A program made the translations under genes and the position numbers. 64,000 nucleotides of DNA from Thermodesulfobacteriota bacterium (GTDB lineage: Bacteria; Desulfobacterota; Binatia; Bin18): positions 1,536,001 to 1,600,000 of the forward strand of contig OZ219926.1 of NCBI GenBank assembly GCA_964291405.2, written 5' to 3'. The notes beneath the pieces were generated by a model, which was not told where the DNA came from, searched no databases, and saw only the letters and a program-made list of their open reading frames with translations. Positions 21,690 to 31,968 of this stretch are shown here, in pieces (position 1 is the stretch's first letter; each line of letters opens with the position of its first letter).

Positions 21690-21699
21690 CTTTGTGCAC

Positions 21700-22521
21700 A
21701 TGAAACAGCGACTCGCCGCGTACACCGCTGAGGTGCTCTTCCCGGAACGAGAGAAATTTACCGCTCCACTGCTCCTACTTCCGGGTTTATGGACGGGAAG
21801 CTGGATATGGCAGGAAGTCGCATGGGGCTTTTCTCAGCGGGGTTGGTCGTGCTGGGCGCTTGATCTGTACGAGCAGTCCGCAGCCCGCCGGCGTGGGGCT
21901 ATCTCTTTTGACGATCATCTCACGACCGTTACCACAGCCATTGCTGCGTTCGATTGCCCGCCCGTTGTAATCGGTTTTGATCTGGGCAGTCTCCTCGCGC
22001 TCCTCGTCGCCACCCGCACACAACCGCGCGCCCTCGTCTGTATCTCTCCCCTGCTCCCCTGTCACTGGCAGGCTGACCTGCGTCCGGCTCTCCCTCTGGT
22101 ACGACTCGCCGCCCTGCCCGCACTCCTGTGGAACCGCATCCATCCTCCTCCGTCTCGTCGGCTTGCCCGCGATTTCCTTTTCCACACGCTTCCGGCAGGG
22201 CTGCACGACCAGTTATACGCCCAGCTTGAGCCGGACTCGGGCAGAGTCGTCCGCACCCTCACCCAAGGCCAGACCGATTTTCCGGCAGCTCCCCTACCCT
22301 GTCCCAGTTTGGTTGTCTGGGGACATGAAGACCGTATGGTGCCTGCTCCGACCGTACGTTGGCTCGCAGACGCCCTGCAGGCCACCAGCCTGAGCTACCC
22401 GGACCAAGGTCACTGGCTTCTGGCTGGTCCACAGGCGGCATCCCTTGTCGGGGATGTTCATCGCTGGTTGATCCGCTCGCTGGGAGAAGCGTTGTTATTA
22501 CCCCCAGAAGAAGGCGAATAG
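21700..22521 (+). CDS. Alpha/beta fold hydrolase
   Basis: LLLPGLWTG, VIGFDLG elbow, WGHEDRMV, QGHWL. Confidence 0.8.
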   Translation: MKQRLAAYTAEVLFPEREKFTAPLLLLPGLWTGSWIWQEVAWGFSQRGWSCWALDLYEQSAARRRGAISFDDHLTTVTTAIAAFDCPPVVIGFDLGSLLALLVATRTQPRALVCISPLLPCHWQADLRPALPLVRLAALPALLWNRIHPPPSRRLARDFLFHTLPAGLHDQLYAQLEPDSGRVVRTLTQGQTDFPAAPLPCPSLVVWGHEDRMVPAPTVRWLADALQATSLSYPDQGHWLLAGPQAASLVGDVHRWLIRSLGEALLLPPEEGE

Positions 22522-22633
22522 GCATAGCCGTCCAAGCGCCCGAGTTGACCCGGCCTGGATCATTCCCTATCGCCGCTGATATAGAAAGAGTGGGTTCTGT
22601 CCCCAACGATTATCTCAAGGTCTATCCAGCTCC

Positions 22634-24640
22634 ATGCTCCAGCTTATCAATCTGTCCCTCGCCTTTGGCGGACAGGAACTGTTTCGCAATCTCAACTGGC
22701 ATATTCGGAGAGGTGACCGGGTGGGTCTGGTCGGCCCTAACGGTGCGGGTAAGACGACCCTCTTCCGCCTCTTAACCGGACAGCTTGAGCCCGATGCGGG
22801 CCGAGTTCAGCGCGATCGGAACCTCAGCATTGGCTATCTGCCCCAGGAGGGAATCGAAATTTCCGGACGGGATCTCTTCGCCGAGACGCGTTCCGCTCTG
22901 CCGGAGCTGACCGCGCTACAGCAGGAACTGGAGGCGATTCACGCCGCGCTCGATAGCACGAATGGATCGGCCTCCGATGCGTTGGTACAAGCGGAACTGA
23001 TCACACGCTACGGAGACCTCCAGCACCGAATCGAAGAACTCGACGGGTTTCAGGCTGATGCTCAGGTCGCCAAAGTCTTGACCGGTCTGGGCTTTGACGA
23101 AGCGCAGTTTACGGCGCGCACCGAGACGTTCAGCGGGGGCTGGCAGATGCGGATCGCGCTGGCCAAGCTCCTGCTCCGGCAGCCCGATGTCTTGCTGCTT
23201 GACGAGCCGACCAATCACCTCGATCTCGACTCGCTGCTATGGCTTGAGGCCTATCTGCACAATTATCGCGGCAGCATTGTTATCGTTTCCCACGACCGGA
23301 CCTTTCTGGACCGGATGGTCAATCGGGTGGTTGCCCTGCACCGCTCTGCCCTGACCGAATATACGGGCAATTACTCGACCTTTGAGCGCGTATTTGAAGA
23401 ACACCTGGAGTCGTATCGAAAAGCCTATGACACGCAGCAGGAAGAGATTGAACGTCTGACCCGCTTTATCAATACGTTTCGCTATAACGCTCGGAAGGCC
23501 CCGCAGGTCCAGAGTCGGGTCAAACAACTTGAGAAGATGGAAAAGCTCGACCCGCCCCAAACCGTGCCCAAGGGTGTCCGCTTCCATTTTCCTCAGGCCC
23601 CTCGGAGCGGACGGCGGGTGATTGAGTTGCAGGGGGTCAGCAAACGCTACGACAGCGTACAGGTGTTTGAGAATCTGAACCTGGTGATTGAGCGTGGAGA
23701 CCGGGTTGCGGTGGTCGGCGTCAACGGGGCGGGCAAGTCCACCCTCAGCCGCCTCCTGTCCGGGGTTGAAAAGCCCACCTCAGGCAGCCGTCAGCTTGGC
23801 CACCAGGTCGTCCTCGATTACTATGCCCAGCAGCAGGCCGAACGCTTACAGACCGACAACACCGTGTATGAAGAGATCATCCGGGAAGCCGCAACCGACA
23901 TCGTCCCCCAACTCCGCACCCTGCTGGGAGCCTTTCTCTTTTCCGGGGACGCAATTGAAAAGCGGGTCGCCGTGCTCAGCGGCGGTGAAAAGAGCCGCCT
24001 GGCGTTGGCAAAAATGCTGTTGCAGGCCTCGAACCTGCTCATTCTGGATGAGCCCACCAACCATCTCGATATCCGCACCAAAGACATTGTGAAAGAAGCC
24101 CTGCTGCAGTATGCGGGAACTTTTGTCGTTGTGTCGCACGACCGCTATTTTCTCAGCGGTCTGGTAACAAAGGTGCTCGAACTCCAGGACGGGCGCTGCA
24201 CCACCTACCCCGGAACGTTTGAGGAGTTTCTGGAGCGGAAAGAACGACAGACAGACCCGTCTCCACACCAGGAACGGGTCCACCTTCAGAGAGTAGTCCA
24301 GCGAACAGCCGTCTCTTCGCCTACGGCAAGCGCGGCTGGCATTGAAGGCACGCTGGCCGCCATTCGCGAGGCCAAGCACGGCAAGCTCTCCTATCAACAG
24401 CAAAAAGCCGTCCGGGCCGAACGGCAAAAACGGGCCAGACGGTTGGCCGCACTGGAGCAGCATATCGCCACGCTGGAGGACCACAAAGAAAAGCTCGAAC
24501 GCTGCCTCGCGGATGAGAAGACATTTCAGGATCAGGCAAAGGCCCGTGAGGTGGCGAGTCAGTATGAGCAGGTCAAACAGCAACTCGACGAGCAGTATGC
24601 GGAGTGGACGACATTAGCCGAAGAACACGAAAGCCGTTAG
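22634..24640 (+). CDS. ABC-F family ATP-binding protein
   Basis: Two NBDs (GPNGAGKT, FSGGWQMR, LDEPTNHLD; GVNGAGKS, LSGGEK), no TM segments, C-terminal coiled coil. Confidence 0.95.
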   Translation: MLQLINLSLAFGGQELFRNLNWHIRRGDRVGLVGPNGAGKTTLFRLLTGQLEPDAGRVQRDRNLSIGYLPQEGIEISGRDLFAETRSALPELTALQQELEAIHAALDSTNGSASDALVQAELITRYGDLQHRIEELDGFQADAQVAKVLTGLGFDEAQFTARTETFSGGWQMRIALAKLLLRQPDVLLLDEPTNHLDLDSLLWLEAYLHNYRGSIVIVSHDRTFLDRMVNRVVALHRSALTEYTGNYSTFERVFEEHLESYRKAYDTQQEEIERLTRFINTFRYNARKAPQVQSRVKQLEKMEKLDPPQTVPKGVRFHFPQAPRSGRRVIELQGVSKRYDSVQVFENLNLVIERGDRVAVVGVNGAGKSTLSRLLSGVEKPTSGSRQLGHQVVLDYYAQQQAERLQTDNTVYEEIIREAATDIVPQLRTLLGAFLFSGDAIEKRVAVLSGGEKSRLALAKMLLQASNLLILDEPTNHLDIRTKDIVKEALLQYAGTFVVVSHDRYFLSGLVTKVLELQDGRCTTYPGTFEEFLERKERQTDPSPHQERVHLQRVVQRTAVSSPTASAAGIEGTLAAIREAKHGKLSYQQQKAVRAERQKRARRLAALEQHIATLEDHKEKLERCLADEKTFQDQAKAREVASQYEQVKQQLDEQYAEWTTLAEEHESR

Positions 24641-24675
24641 ACCCGGAACAAGACTCTGGAAAAGGGAGAGACCGT

Positions 24676-25659
24676 ATGCGCATAGGATTGGGCCTGCCGC
24701 CGACCGGACATCACTTCGAGGTGTATCAGCAGGTCGCGCGCAAGGCCGAGGAACACGGCTTCGAGAGCCTGTGGGTCGGCGAGGCCTGGGGCACGGAGAC
24801 GAGTACGCTGGTCACCGCCTTTCTGGCCGCTACACAGCGCATTCATGTCGGTACGGGCATCATCTCGCTCTACCTCCGCCCGCCAACGCTCACCGCCATG
24901 CAGGCCGCCAGCATGGACCTGGTCGCACCGGGTCGGGCGCGGCTGGGTATCGGCGTGAGCACGCGCAACATCAACACCTTTCACGGTATTGCCTGGGACC
25001 GGCCCGTGACCCGCACGCGCGAGTATGTGGATATTGTCCGCCGCGTGCTGGCCGGCGAGCGAGTCACGCGTACCGACGGGTTTTATCGGCCGCGGGGCTT
25101 TCGTCTCAGCCTGCGTCTGTCGGGGGCCATGCCGATCTATCTGGCGGCCGTGAACCCGCGCATGCTCCAGTTAGCCGGAGAGATCGCGGACGGCGTGCTG
25201 TTAGCCTGGCTGCCGGCGCGTCAGATTCCCCATTCGCTGGCCGAGATTGCAAAAGGAGCGGAGCGTGCCGGGCGCAGTCTGAGCGATATCGATATCGGCT
25301 GCTATGTGCATACGCTGGTCAGACAGGACCGGGAACAGGCCCTACGACAACTGCGTCATGTGTTGGTGGGCTACTGCCAGGCCAACACGTATATCCAGGG
25401 TTTCCGCCGCTTTGGCTATAGCGATATTCTGGATGAAGTGCATGCCCGCTGGCAGGCCGGCGACCGCAAGGGAGCGGAGGAGTCCATTCCGGATTCCATG
25501 GTCGAAGAGTTGTTTATATTCGGTCCGCCCGAAGACTGCCGCACTCAACTCGGTCATTTTACCGACGCCGGCGTGCAGCACCCCATCGTCGCCTCTCCAC
25601 CGACGAGCCAAATCACCAGGGAAGACCTGCATACGCTGGTTGAGACGTTTGGGCAGTAG
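24676..25659 (+). CDS. LLM-class (Mer-like) flavin/F420-dependent oxidoreductase
   Basis: GFESLWVGEAWG, PIYLAAVNPRMLQLAGEIADG. Confidence 0.9.
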   Translation: MRIGLGLPPTGHHFEVYQQVARKAEEHGFESLWVGEAWGTETSTLVTAFLAATQRIHVGTGIISLYLRPPTLTAMQAASMDLVAPGRARLGIGVSTRNINTFHGIAWDRPVTRTREYVDIVRRVLAGERVTRTDGFYRPRGFRLSLRLSGAMPIYLAAVNPRMLQLAGEIADGVLLAWLPARQIPHSLAEIAKGAERAGRSLSDIDIGCYVHTLVRQDREQALRQLRHVLVGYCQANTYIQGFRRFGYSDILDEVHARWQAGDRKGAEESIPDSMVEELFIFGPPEDCRTQLGHFTDAGVQHPIVASPPTSQITREDLHTLVETFGQ

Positions 25660-25895
25660 TGCAGAGAGGGCCCGGTAAAGTGAGACACTCCTTATGAGAG
25701 TCGTTTATGCTGACTAAGAACCCCGTAGATATACTGAAGAGGATTTGATTCCCGTGAAGTTTGTACAGTACTCTGGCGAAACCCGTTTCGTCACACAGAG
25801 GTAGTATGGGTAATCCGCCCCCTACCAGTACACCAACGCAAGCAACTACAGAAAAGAGCGGAATAAGGATTCGAATCATTAATTCTTCGGAAATG

Positions 25896-26273
25896 CTAAA
25901 GAAACACTCCAGGATCAATCTTAAAAAAATCTCCCAGCTTTCTCACCTGCATCCTGCTGATAGCTTGCTCCCCCTTGAGCACCGCTGAGGCTATGTCCTG
26001 AGAGCCGAAGAGTTGCCAGATGTCCTGATGGCCTAGACCGTTATCATCCATGAGAGAAGATAGCATCTCATGCGGTGGCAGGTCTTTGATCGGATAGTGT
26101 TCCTCGTCATACTGCTGAATCAGGTCACTTAGGAGGTCTACAAGCCGTTCTTCTTCAGGCGAAAGCCGCTCTTCGTCCCGGTCAACAAGTTCGCGGATAG
26201 TGGCATTCAGCCGGTCGTACTCGGCCTCTGTACGAATTTTGACCGGAAGCGCCTTACGACTGATGACTTTCAC
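25896..26273 (-). CDS. HigA-type HTH antitoxin (orphan, with HigB-like first 9 residues)
   Basis: IRTEAEYD, LSPEE..LVDLLSDLIQQYDEEHYP, PHEML, C-terminal HTH ending LGDFFKIDPGVFL. Confidence 0.8.
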   Translation of the reverse strand: MKVISRKALPVKIRTEAEYDRLNATIRELVDRDEERLSPEEERLVDLLSDLIQQYDEEHYPIKDLPPHEMLSSLMDDNGLGHQDIWQLFGSQDIASAVLKGEQAISRMQVRKLGDFFKIDPGVFL

Positions 26274-26284
26274 TGCGTGTCATC

Positions 26285-26317
26285 TTCTCAATTTAGTGAG
26301 AAAAGGGCAATCCTTTT
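26285..26317. promoter_or_regulatory. Putative operator palindromes upstream of the higA-like gene
   Basis: TTCTCA-N6-TGAGAA and AAAAGG-N5-CCTTTT inverted repeats just upstream of the GTG start. Confidence 0.45.
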
Positions 26318-26387
26318 CAGGCGTTCCGTCCCTTCCAAGAGGGAACCAAGAATATGTCAGAGCAATCACAAGGGTCGCCCCGCCACA

Positions 26388-27383
26388 TCACCCGACCAAC
26401 TTCGCCAAAATCTGCTCATACTCTCTATTATTCTCTGCCTGCACATTGACGTGATGCAGGTCCACTCCGCACTCTGCCTGGGCTTGCAGGCGGTCGATAC
26501 CTGCCTCCACTGATCCCACACAGCCGGTTGCATCGACCAACTGAGCGGGTACGGCTTCACCGGCGGCGCGCGAGCCACCGGCCCAGGCTTCCTTGATGGT
26601 CTCAACCGCTTCCCCATAGCCCAGCCGGGTGAGTTGGGCGGCGTAGAACATGCCCATACGGCCGATGTAAAAGGCCAGCGTACTGGCTGAGGCGGCGCGG
26701 GCTTTGTCAACCTGTGGAGTCACTGTGATGGTGCCTGGCGAACGGACGGCGACCGCATTGGCTGGACGTCCGGCAGCCACACTGGCCTGGCGCAGATTGT
26801 CAATTTCGCTTTTGAGATGTTCGAGGGGGATCATGATCGGCAGCCAGCCGTCTGCCAGTTCTGCGGTCATTTTCACGCTCTTGGCATTCAGCGTTGCCAG
26901 ATAAATCGGAATGTGGTCACGAACGGGCTGGAAGCGCAATGTAAAGCCGCGTTGCAGGTCGAACACCTTGCCTGAGTATTTGAGCGGCTCGCCTTTCATA
27001 AGGGTGTTGATGATCTCCACATACTCACGCATGCGCTGGAGGGGCGGTTGGAACGCGACTCCATGAAAGTGCTCAATCACCTGCGGACCACTCGTTCCCA
27101 GGCCGAGCAGCATACGCCCCCCAGAGACCTCGTCCAGGGTGGCAAAATGCTGGGCCAGCGCGGCAGGCGTGCGTGAGTAGGTATTCACAATCGCCGTGCC
27201 GAGATTGATACGCTTCGTCTTGTCGGCCAGCAGGGTCAAAATGGTGAATGCATCCCGCCCCCAGGCTTCCGGCACCCAGGCCGAATGCACCCCGGCCGCC
27301 TCCGCGATTTGCACCCTTTCACACAGCACCTGGTAGTCGAGCTTGCCCTGCCAATCGATACCAATGGAAATTTTGTAGGCCAT
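26388..27383 (-). CDS. LLM-class flavin/F420-dependent oxidoreductase
   Basis: WVPEAWGRDAF, SGGRMLLGLGTSGPQVIE, AELADGW. Confidence 0.9.
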   Translation of the reverse strand: MAYKISIGIDWQGKLDYQVLCERVQIAEAAGVHSAWVPEAWGRDAFTILTLLADKTKRINLGTAIVNTYSRTPAALAQHFATLDEVSGGRMLLGLGTSGPQVIEHFHGVAFQPPLQRMREYVEIINTLMKGEPLKYSGKVFDLQRGFTLRFQPVRDHIPIYLATLNAKSVKMTAELADGWLPIMIPLEHLKSEIDNLRQASVAAGRPANAVAVRSPGTITVTPQVDKARAASASTLAFYIGRMGMFYAAQLTRLGYGEAVETIKEAWAGGSRAAGEAVPAQLVDATGCVGSVEAGIDRLQAQAECGVDLHHVNVQAENNREYEQILAKLVG

Positions 27384-27540
27384 CTTTCTCCGTGTCCTTT
27401 CTTGGGCTCTGTTTGATCGCGCGACTGTAGCACGTCCCCTTTTGACCGTCAGCTATTCACCGTGTCTGTTCTGCTGGGCTAGTGCTTGACAACCGCACGC
27501 GCTTCTGGCGAGAAGGGGGACCTGTCAAAAAGAGGAACGT

Positions 27541-28869
27541 ATGCCACCTGTCTCATCAGAAGAGACGCTTGACCGGAACAACCCTGCGTCTCAGCCCCAC
27601 GACGCGCCCATTGAGGTCGGGGGACCGTATGCCTATTACGTCCTGGCCGTCCTCTTTGTAGTGTATGTGTTTAATTTTATTGACCGGCAAATCCTGTCCA
27701 TCTTGCTCCAGCCGATTAAGGAGGACCTGCAAGTCTCGGACACGGCCATGGGATTTCTGACCGGCTTTGCCTTTGCGGTTTTTTATGCGATTGCCGGCCT
27801 GCCGCTCGCCCGTGTTGCCGACCGTTGGGTCCGGCGGAGCCTCATTGCCCTGAGCATTGCGACCTGGAGCCTGATGACCGCAGCCTCGGGCTTGGCACGG
27901 AATTTTACCGATCTGGCATTAGCCCGGGTGGGCGTCGGCATAGGTGAGGCAGGCTGCACCCCGCCGGCGCACTCCCTGCTGTCCGACTATTTCCCCCCGG
28001 AAAAGCGCGCGACCGTACTCGCCGTGTATGCGTGCGGCATTTATATGGGCGTAGGTCTGGGCTTCTGGTTGGGTGGCTGGCTGAATGACGCCTTTGGCTG
28101 GCGGGTGGCGTTTATGGTCATTGGTCTTCCCGGCGTCGCCATGGCCCTCGTGGTTCGTTTCACGGTCCGGGAGCCTCCGCGCGGCATGAGTGAACGGACG
28201 GCAGCCGCGAGTCGTTCCTACAGCTTGGGGGAAACCTGGCGGTTTCTGACCCGACTACCCAGCGGGCGTCGCATCAGTTTGGGGGCGGCCTTTCAAGCCT
28301 TTGTGGGCTACGGACTCGGGGCCTGGATTCCCGCCTTTTTTATTCGACTGCACGGCATGACCCCCGGAGAACTGGGATTGTGGCTGTCCTGGATTACCGG
28401 CCTAGGCGGCGCGATTGGCGCCTTTTCCGGCGGCTGGCTTGCGGACCGCTGGGTCAGGGACCAGCCCAAGGCACGGGCCTATATCAGTCTGGTTGGCGCG
28501 CTCTGTTCGACACCCTTTATCGTTGCAGCCTTGGTACTCGAGAATACCACGCTGGCGTTATTAAGCTTCTTCCCGGCGAATATCTTTGGCACAATGTGGA
28601 TAGGACCGGCCGGCTCGATTGTGCAGGACCTTGCTCCGCCGGCCATGCGGGCAACGGCTTCAGCGGTCTTTATTTTTATCCTGACGATGATCGGCCTGGG
28701 TGCCGGCCCTCAGACGGTCGGTATTCTCAACGATCTGATCGGGACGCCGGATGCCATTCGCTACTCCCTGCTCGGAGTGGCAGTCAGCACCAGTCTTCTG
28801 TCCGCCGTCTTTTTCTGGCTGACCGGTAAGACCTTGGAACGGGACATCACCGCCAAGCAACAATTATAG
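27541..28869 (+). CDS. MFS transporter (spinster-like)
   Basis: FNFIDRQILSIL, ARVADRWVRR, GVGIGEAG, SDYFPPEKRA; multiple TM helices. Confidence 0.92.
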   Translation: MPPVSSEETLDRNNPASQPHDAPIEVGGPYAYYVLAVLFVVYVFNFIDRQILSILLQPIKEDLQVSDTAMGFLTGFAFAVFYAIAGLPLARVADRWVRRSLIALSIATWSLMTAASGLARNFTDLALARVGVGIGEAGCTPPAHSLLSDYFPPEKRATVLAVYACGIYMGVGLGFWLGGWLNDAFGWRVAFMVIGLPGVAMALVVRFTVREPPRGMSERTAAASRSYSLGETWRFLTRLPSGRRISLGAAFQAFVGYGLGAWIPAFFIRLHGMTPGELGLWLSWITGLGGAIGAFSGGWLADRWVRDQPKARAYISLVGALCSTPFIVAALVLENTTLALLSFFPANIFGTMWIGPAGSIVQDLAPPAMRATASAVFIFILTMIGLGAGPQTVGILNDLIGTPDAIRYSLLGVAVSTSLLSAVFFWLTGKTLERDITAKQQL

Positions 28870-28927
28870 GAGTACGGGCTTCCAGCCCGCAATAATGACA
28901 GGCTGCGGCCAAGATGGCCGCGCTCCC
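28869..28927. repeat. REP-like palindrome doublet between convergent genes
   Basis: Hairpins CGGGCT-TCC-AGCCCG and GCGGCCA-AGA-TGGCCGC in inverted arrangement bounded by GGAG...CTCC. Confidence 0.6.
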
Positions 28928-28965
28928 AGGCTAAAAATGACAAAAGCAGGATGAGCGGATACTAA

Positions 28966-29568
28966 CTATACTTGGACCTCAACAGCGTAATAGCCCCGCT
29001 CGGTAGGGGCGGAAAAATATTCCGCCAAGCGAGATAAGACCCGAGGAAAAATTTCGTTCTCCCGGTCGGCAGCCTGCATCTGTTCCCGGCTGGTCCAGAA
29101 GCTCAGCCCCCGTCCGCTGCCGTGCGAGCGATTGGCCAGCCACAGCACACCGTGAAAGCCGGATTGCTGTCTAAGGATGGGCAGATACTCTTTCTCATAA
29201 ATGGCCCGTGCCGGGGCAAGCTGCTCTCCCGGAACGGGCAGGGTAATCATCCGGGCGAACAGCCCACCAACATGCTGGCCGGCTCGGACCAGGACTTCAT
29301 AGTGTTCCGGCTGTGGGTGTACAGTCAAAAACGGCAACAGCATGGCGGCAACAGCCTTACGGCTCTTCGGCTCGGAGCGGGCCAGCGCGACCTCGGAATT
29401 CCATAAGGTGACGATGAAGCCGGTATGCGCCTCCGGGTCGGACAGCACCAAGGTCCCACTGAATCCGGACTCCTGAACCAGGGTGGGCATCACCGCGCTC
29501 CGGTAGACGGAAAGGAAGTCTGTCAGGAGTCCCGGTCTGCATTGGATGGGAGTAACACGCGCGTACAT
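28966..29568 (-). CDS. Tandem ABM-like (dimeric alpha-beta barrel) domain protein
   Basis: Two ~95-aa repeats: MYARV...QESGFSG...TLWNS and FARM...QQSGFHG...SFWTS. Confidence 0.75.
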   Translation of the reverse strand: MYARVTPIQCRPGLLTDFLSVYRSAVMPTLVQESGFSGTLVLSDPEAHTGFIVTLWNSEVALARSEPKSRKAVAAMLLPFLTVHPQPEHYEVLVRAGQHVGGLFARMITLPVPGEQLAPARAIYEKEYLPILRQQSGFHGVLWLANRSHGSGRGLSFWTSREQMQAADRENEIFPRVLSRLAEYFSAPTERGYYAVEVQV

Positions 29569-29583
29569 GGGAAGGTGTCCCTT

Positions 29584-31374
29584 TTAGAGTGTGGCCCGGA
29601 GGTCGGTCAGGAAGCCCTGAATGACCTGAAAGCCTCGATCCCAGAATTCAGGCTGATTGATATCTATACGCATCTGCGCCAAGGCGTGTTCCGGCCGCTG
29701 TGAGCCGCCGCTTTCCAAGAGATGTAAATAACCAGGCACAAAGTCTTCCCCCTGGTCGAGATAGCGCTGATACAGGGCCAGGGTGAGTAGCTCGCCGAAC
29801 GGGTAGGAATAACAGTAAAATCGGCTGTGAATAAAATGCGGAATATACGACCAGCCCCAGCGATAGACGGGCAACAGCTCAACGCTCTCGCCAAAGAGCT
29901 TGCCCTGTTCGGTCAGCCACAGCTCGCACAGATCGTCGGCGCTGAGTGGCCCGTCCCGGCGCTTGGTATGCGCCGCCATCTCGAAGCGGGTCAGGGCGGT
30001 TTGTCGGAAGACCGTGCCGTACATTTCCTCCAAGACCTCGCACAGCAGGGCGCGACGCGTGTCCGGCTGCTCGGCCTTATCCAGCAGATGCCGGGTCAAA
30101 ACGATTTCCGCGAAGACCGAGGCTGTCTCCGCAAGCACCAGGGGAGCGTCGTAGTGCAGGAATTTCTGACGTCGCGCCAAAAGGTCATGAATACCGTGGC
30201 CCAACTCATGGGCCAGCGTCGAGACGGCGCGTCCGGTGCCGGTATAGCTGCACAACACATACGGGTGGTGGGCAGGTGACAGGGCGGCACAAAAAGCGCC
30301 GCCGCGTTTCCCCGCCCGGACTTCGGCATCAATCCACCTGTTCTGGAAAAACTCCTCGGCCAGGGCTGCAAACTGTTCGTTAAAATTCCCGAAGGCCGTC
30401 AGGATCAAATCCCGAGCTTCCGCGAAGGAGATTTCCTCTGCCTCGGTTTCAATCGGCGCGTACAAGTCCGTATTCTTGAGGCGTTGAACTCCAAGCAATT
30501 CCGCCTTCAGCCGAAAATATTCCTGGACCAATGGATAATGGCGTTCGACTGCCTGCATCATCGCCTCGACCGTTGGAGGGGCAATCTCATTCGACAAGTG
30601 GGTAGGTAGAGTCACATCGTCGTACTGACGCTGCTCGCACTCAATTTTATGATCGAGCAGCAGATTGTTAAAAATCGAAGTCAGGACGAGCGCGTGCTGA
30701 GCATAGGTTTCTAAGAATATGGTCAGAGCCCGCTCACGCAGCTCGCCGTCCGGATGGCGCAGCAGCGCCATGATCTCACCGTCGGTGAGTAGGTGTTCTT
30801 CGCCGTCCCGTCTGAGCGGAAACCGGAGCGAGCCGCTGAGTTCGTCGAAGAGCTGCCGGAAGGCCTGTTTGCCCGACAGATTTTTACGGTTCAGGAGTTG
30901 CTCCTCTTTTTCACTCAACGTATGCGGCTTAAAGCGCCGGACCACTTCCAGATAGTGTTGATAGTCTTGCAACTCCGGGACGGTGAGGAGCTGGGCAAGC
31001 TGCTCGTCCGGTAACGCAATGAGTTCCAGAGAGAAGAAGACCAACAGGTTCTCAATACTGGTGGCGGCTTCGCGCGTGTGCTGAACAAGCTGCTGGGCCG
31101 ATTGGTTCTGGGTGTCAGCCGCAAACAGGAGCGAAGCATAAAAGGTGGGGCGGTGGCGGAGCTCGGTAATAGCTTCATACTCGACCAACGCCTGGGCAAG
31201 GGTCATCCCATCGATCTGTCCGCTTTCAATCCTACCCCGGTAGGTCTCGGCAAAGACTTCCGCCTGCCGGCGCGCCTCTACCAAGTCAGCCTCAAGCTGC
31301 GGATCGTCCGGGCTGGCATACAGTCCTCCCAGGTCCCAGCGTACGCCTTCTGCTTTGAGTCCGGATTGCTGCAT
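29584..31374 (-). CDS. M3 family oligoendopeptidase (PepF-like)
   Basis: WDL N-terminus, GKRGGAFC, TLAHELGHGIH, LAETAS, FYCYSY. Confidence 0.93.
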   Translation of the reverse strand: MQQSGLKAEGVRWDLGGLYASPDDPQLEADLVEARRQAEVFAETYRGRIESGQIDGMTLAQALVEYEAITELRHRPTFYASLLFAADTQNQSAQQLVQHTREAATSIENLLVFFSLELIALPDEQLAQLLTVPELQDYQHYLEVVRRFKPHTLSEKEEQLLNRKNLSGKQAFRQLFDELSGSLRFPLRRDGEEHLLTDGEIMALLRHPDGELRERALTIFLETYAQHALVLTSIFNNLLLDHKIECEQRQYDDVTLPTHLSNEIAPPTVEAMMQAVERHYPLVQEYFRLKAELLGVQRLKNTDLYAPIETEAEEISFAEARDLILTAFGNFNEQFAALAEEFFQNRWIDAEVRAGKRGGAFCAALSPAHHPYVLCSYTGTGRAVSTLAHELGHGIHDLLARRQKFLHYDAPLVLAETASVFAEIVLTRHLLDKAEQPDTRRALLCEVLEEMYGTVFRQTALTRFEMAAHTKRRDGPLSADDLCELWLTEQGKLFGESVELLPVYRWGWSYIPHFIHSRFYCYSYPFGELLTLALYQRYLDQGEDFVPGYLHLLESGGSQRPEHALAQMRIDINQPEFWDRGFQVIQGFLTDLRATL

Positions 31375-31487
31375 ATCCCATCCTTTTTTCGGCTCACGCC
31401 TGTGGAGTGCGTCTACTCTTTCTCTGTCTTCTTGTATGTCTCCTCCAGACCTGTCAAGAATAGGGCAGGCATAAGGAGGGATGATTC

Positions 31488-31946
31488 ATGGTGACAAACG
31501 GTGTGTCCCATATTGCAGTTGGCGTGCGTGACATGGACGCCTCGTTGCGGTTTTATCGCGATCTGCTCGGCTTTGAGGTAGTCCGGGACGAAGTACAAGC
31601 AACCCAGGGAACGGTTCTGCCGGCCTTGTATAAAGAGCCGCACGACCAGCGGCGGGTGGCGACACTGTATTGGAAGAAAGGCCCACACGAGGCATTTTTG
31701 GTCTTATCCGAACATTCAGATAAGCCGGTCAGCGGTGAGCCGATTAAACTCGATCAGATTGGTATCCATCACTACGCCTTTTGGGTGGAGAATCTCCCCC
31801 AGGTCTATGAAGAATTGAAGGCCAAGGGCGCCGACTTTGTCGTGCCGCCGACTGTCACGAAAACAAAAGACGGTAACTTTAACAGTACCTTCCTGCGTGA
31901 CCCGGATGGCATTCTGGTTCAGCTTGACGAGTTGGTGGCAGACTAA
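31488..31946 (+). CDS. VOC family protein
   Basis: SHIAVGVRDMDASLRFY, GIHHYAF, RDPDGILVQL. Confidence 0.88.
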   Translation: MVTNGVSHIAVGVRDMDASLRFYRDLLGFEVVRDEVQATQGTVLPALYKEPHDQRRVATLYWKKGPHEAFLVLSEHSDKPVSGEPIKLDQIGIHHYAFWVENLPQVYEELKAKGADFVVPPTVTKTKDGNFNSTFLRDPDGILVQLDELVAD

Positions 31947-31968
31947 TCGACAACCGTAAGAGGTCCGC

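Noticed and set aside
21325-21699. Hydrophobic repeat ORF (FLAGAFLAA...) that looks like a membrane protein
   Set aside because: Reverse complement of the Lys/Ala-rich histone-like gene, which has the SD and terminator.
25613-25918. AT-richer 101-aa minus-strand ORF downstream of higA, considered as a toxin
   Set aside because: No recognisable toxin motif, overlaps both neighbours and has no clear SD; possibly a decayed fragment but unsupported.
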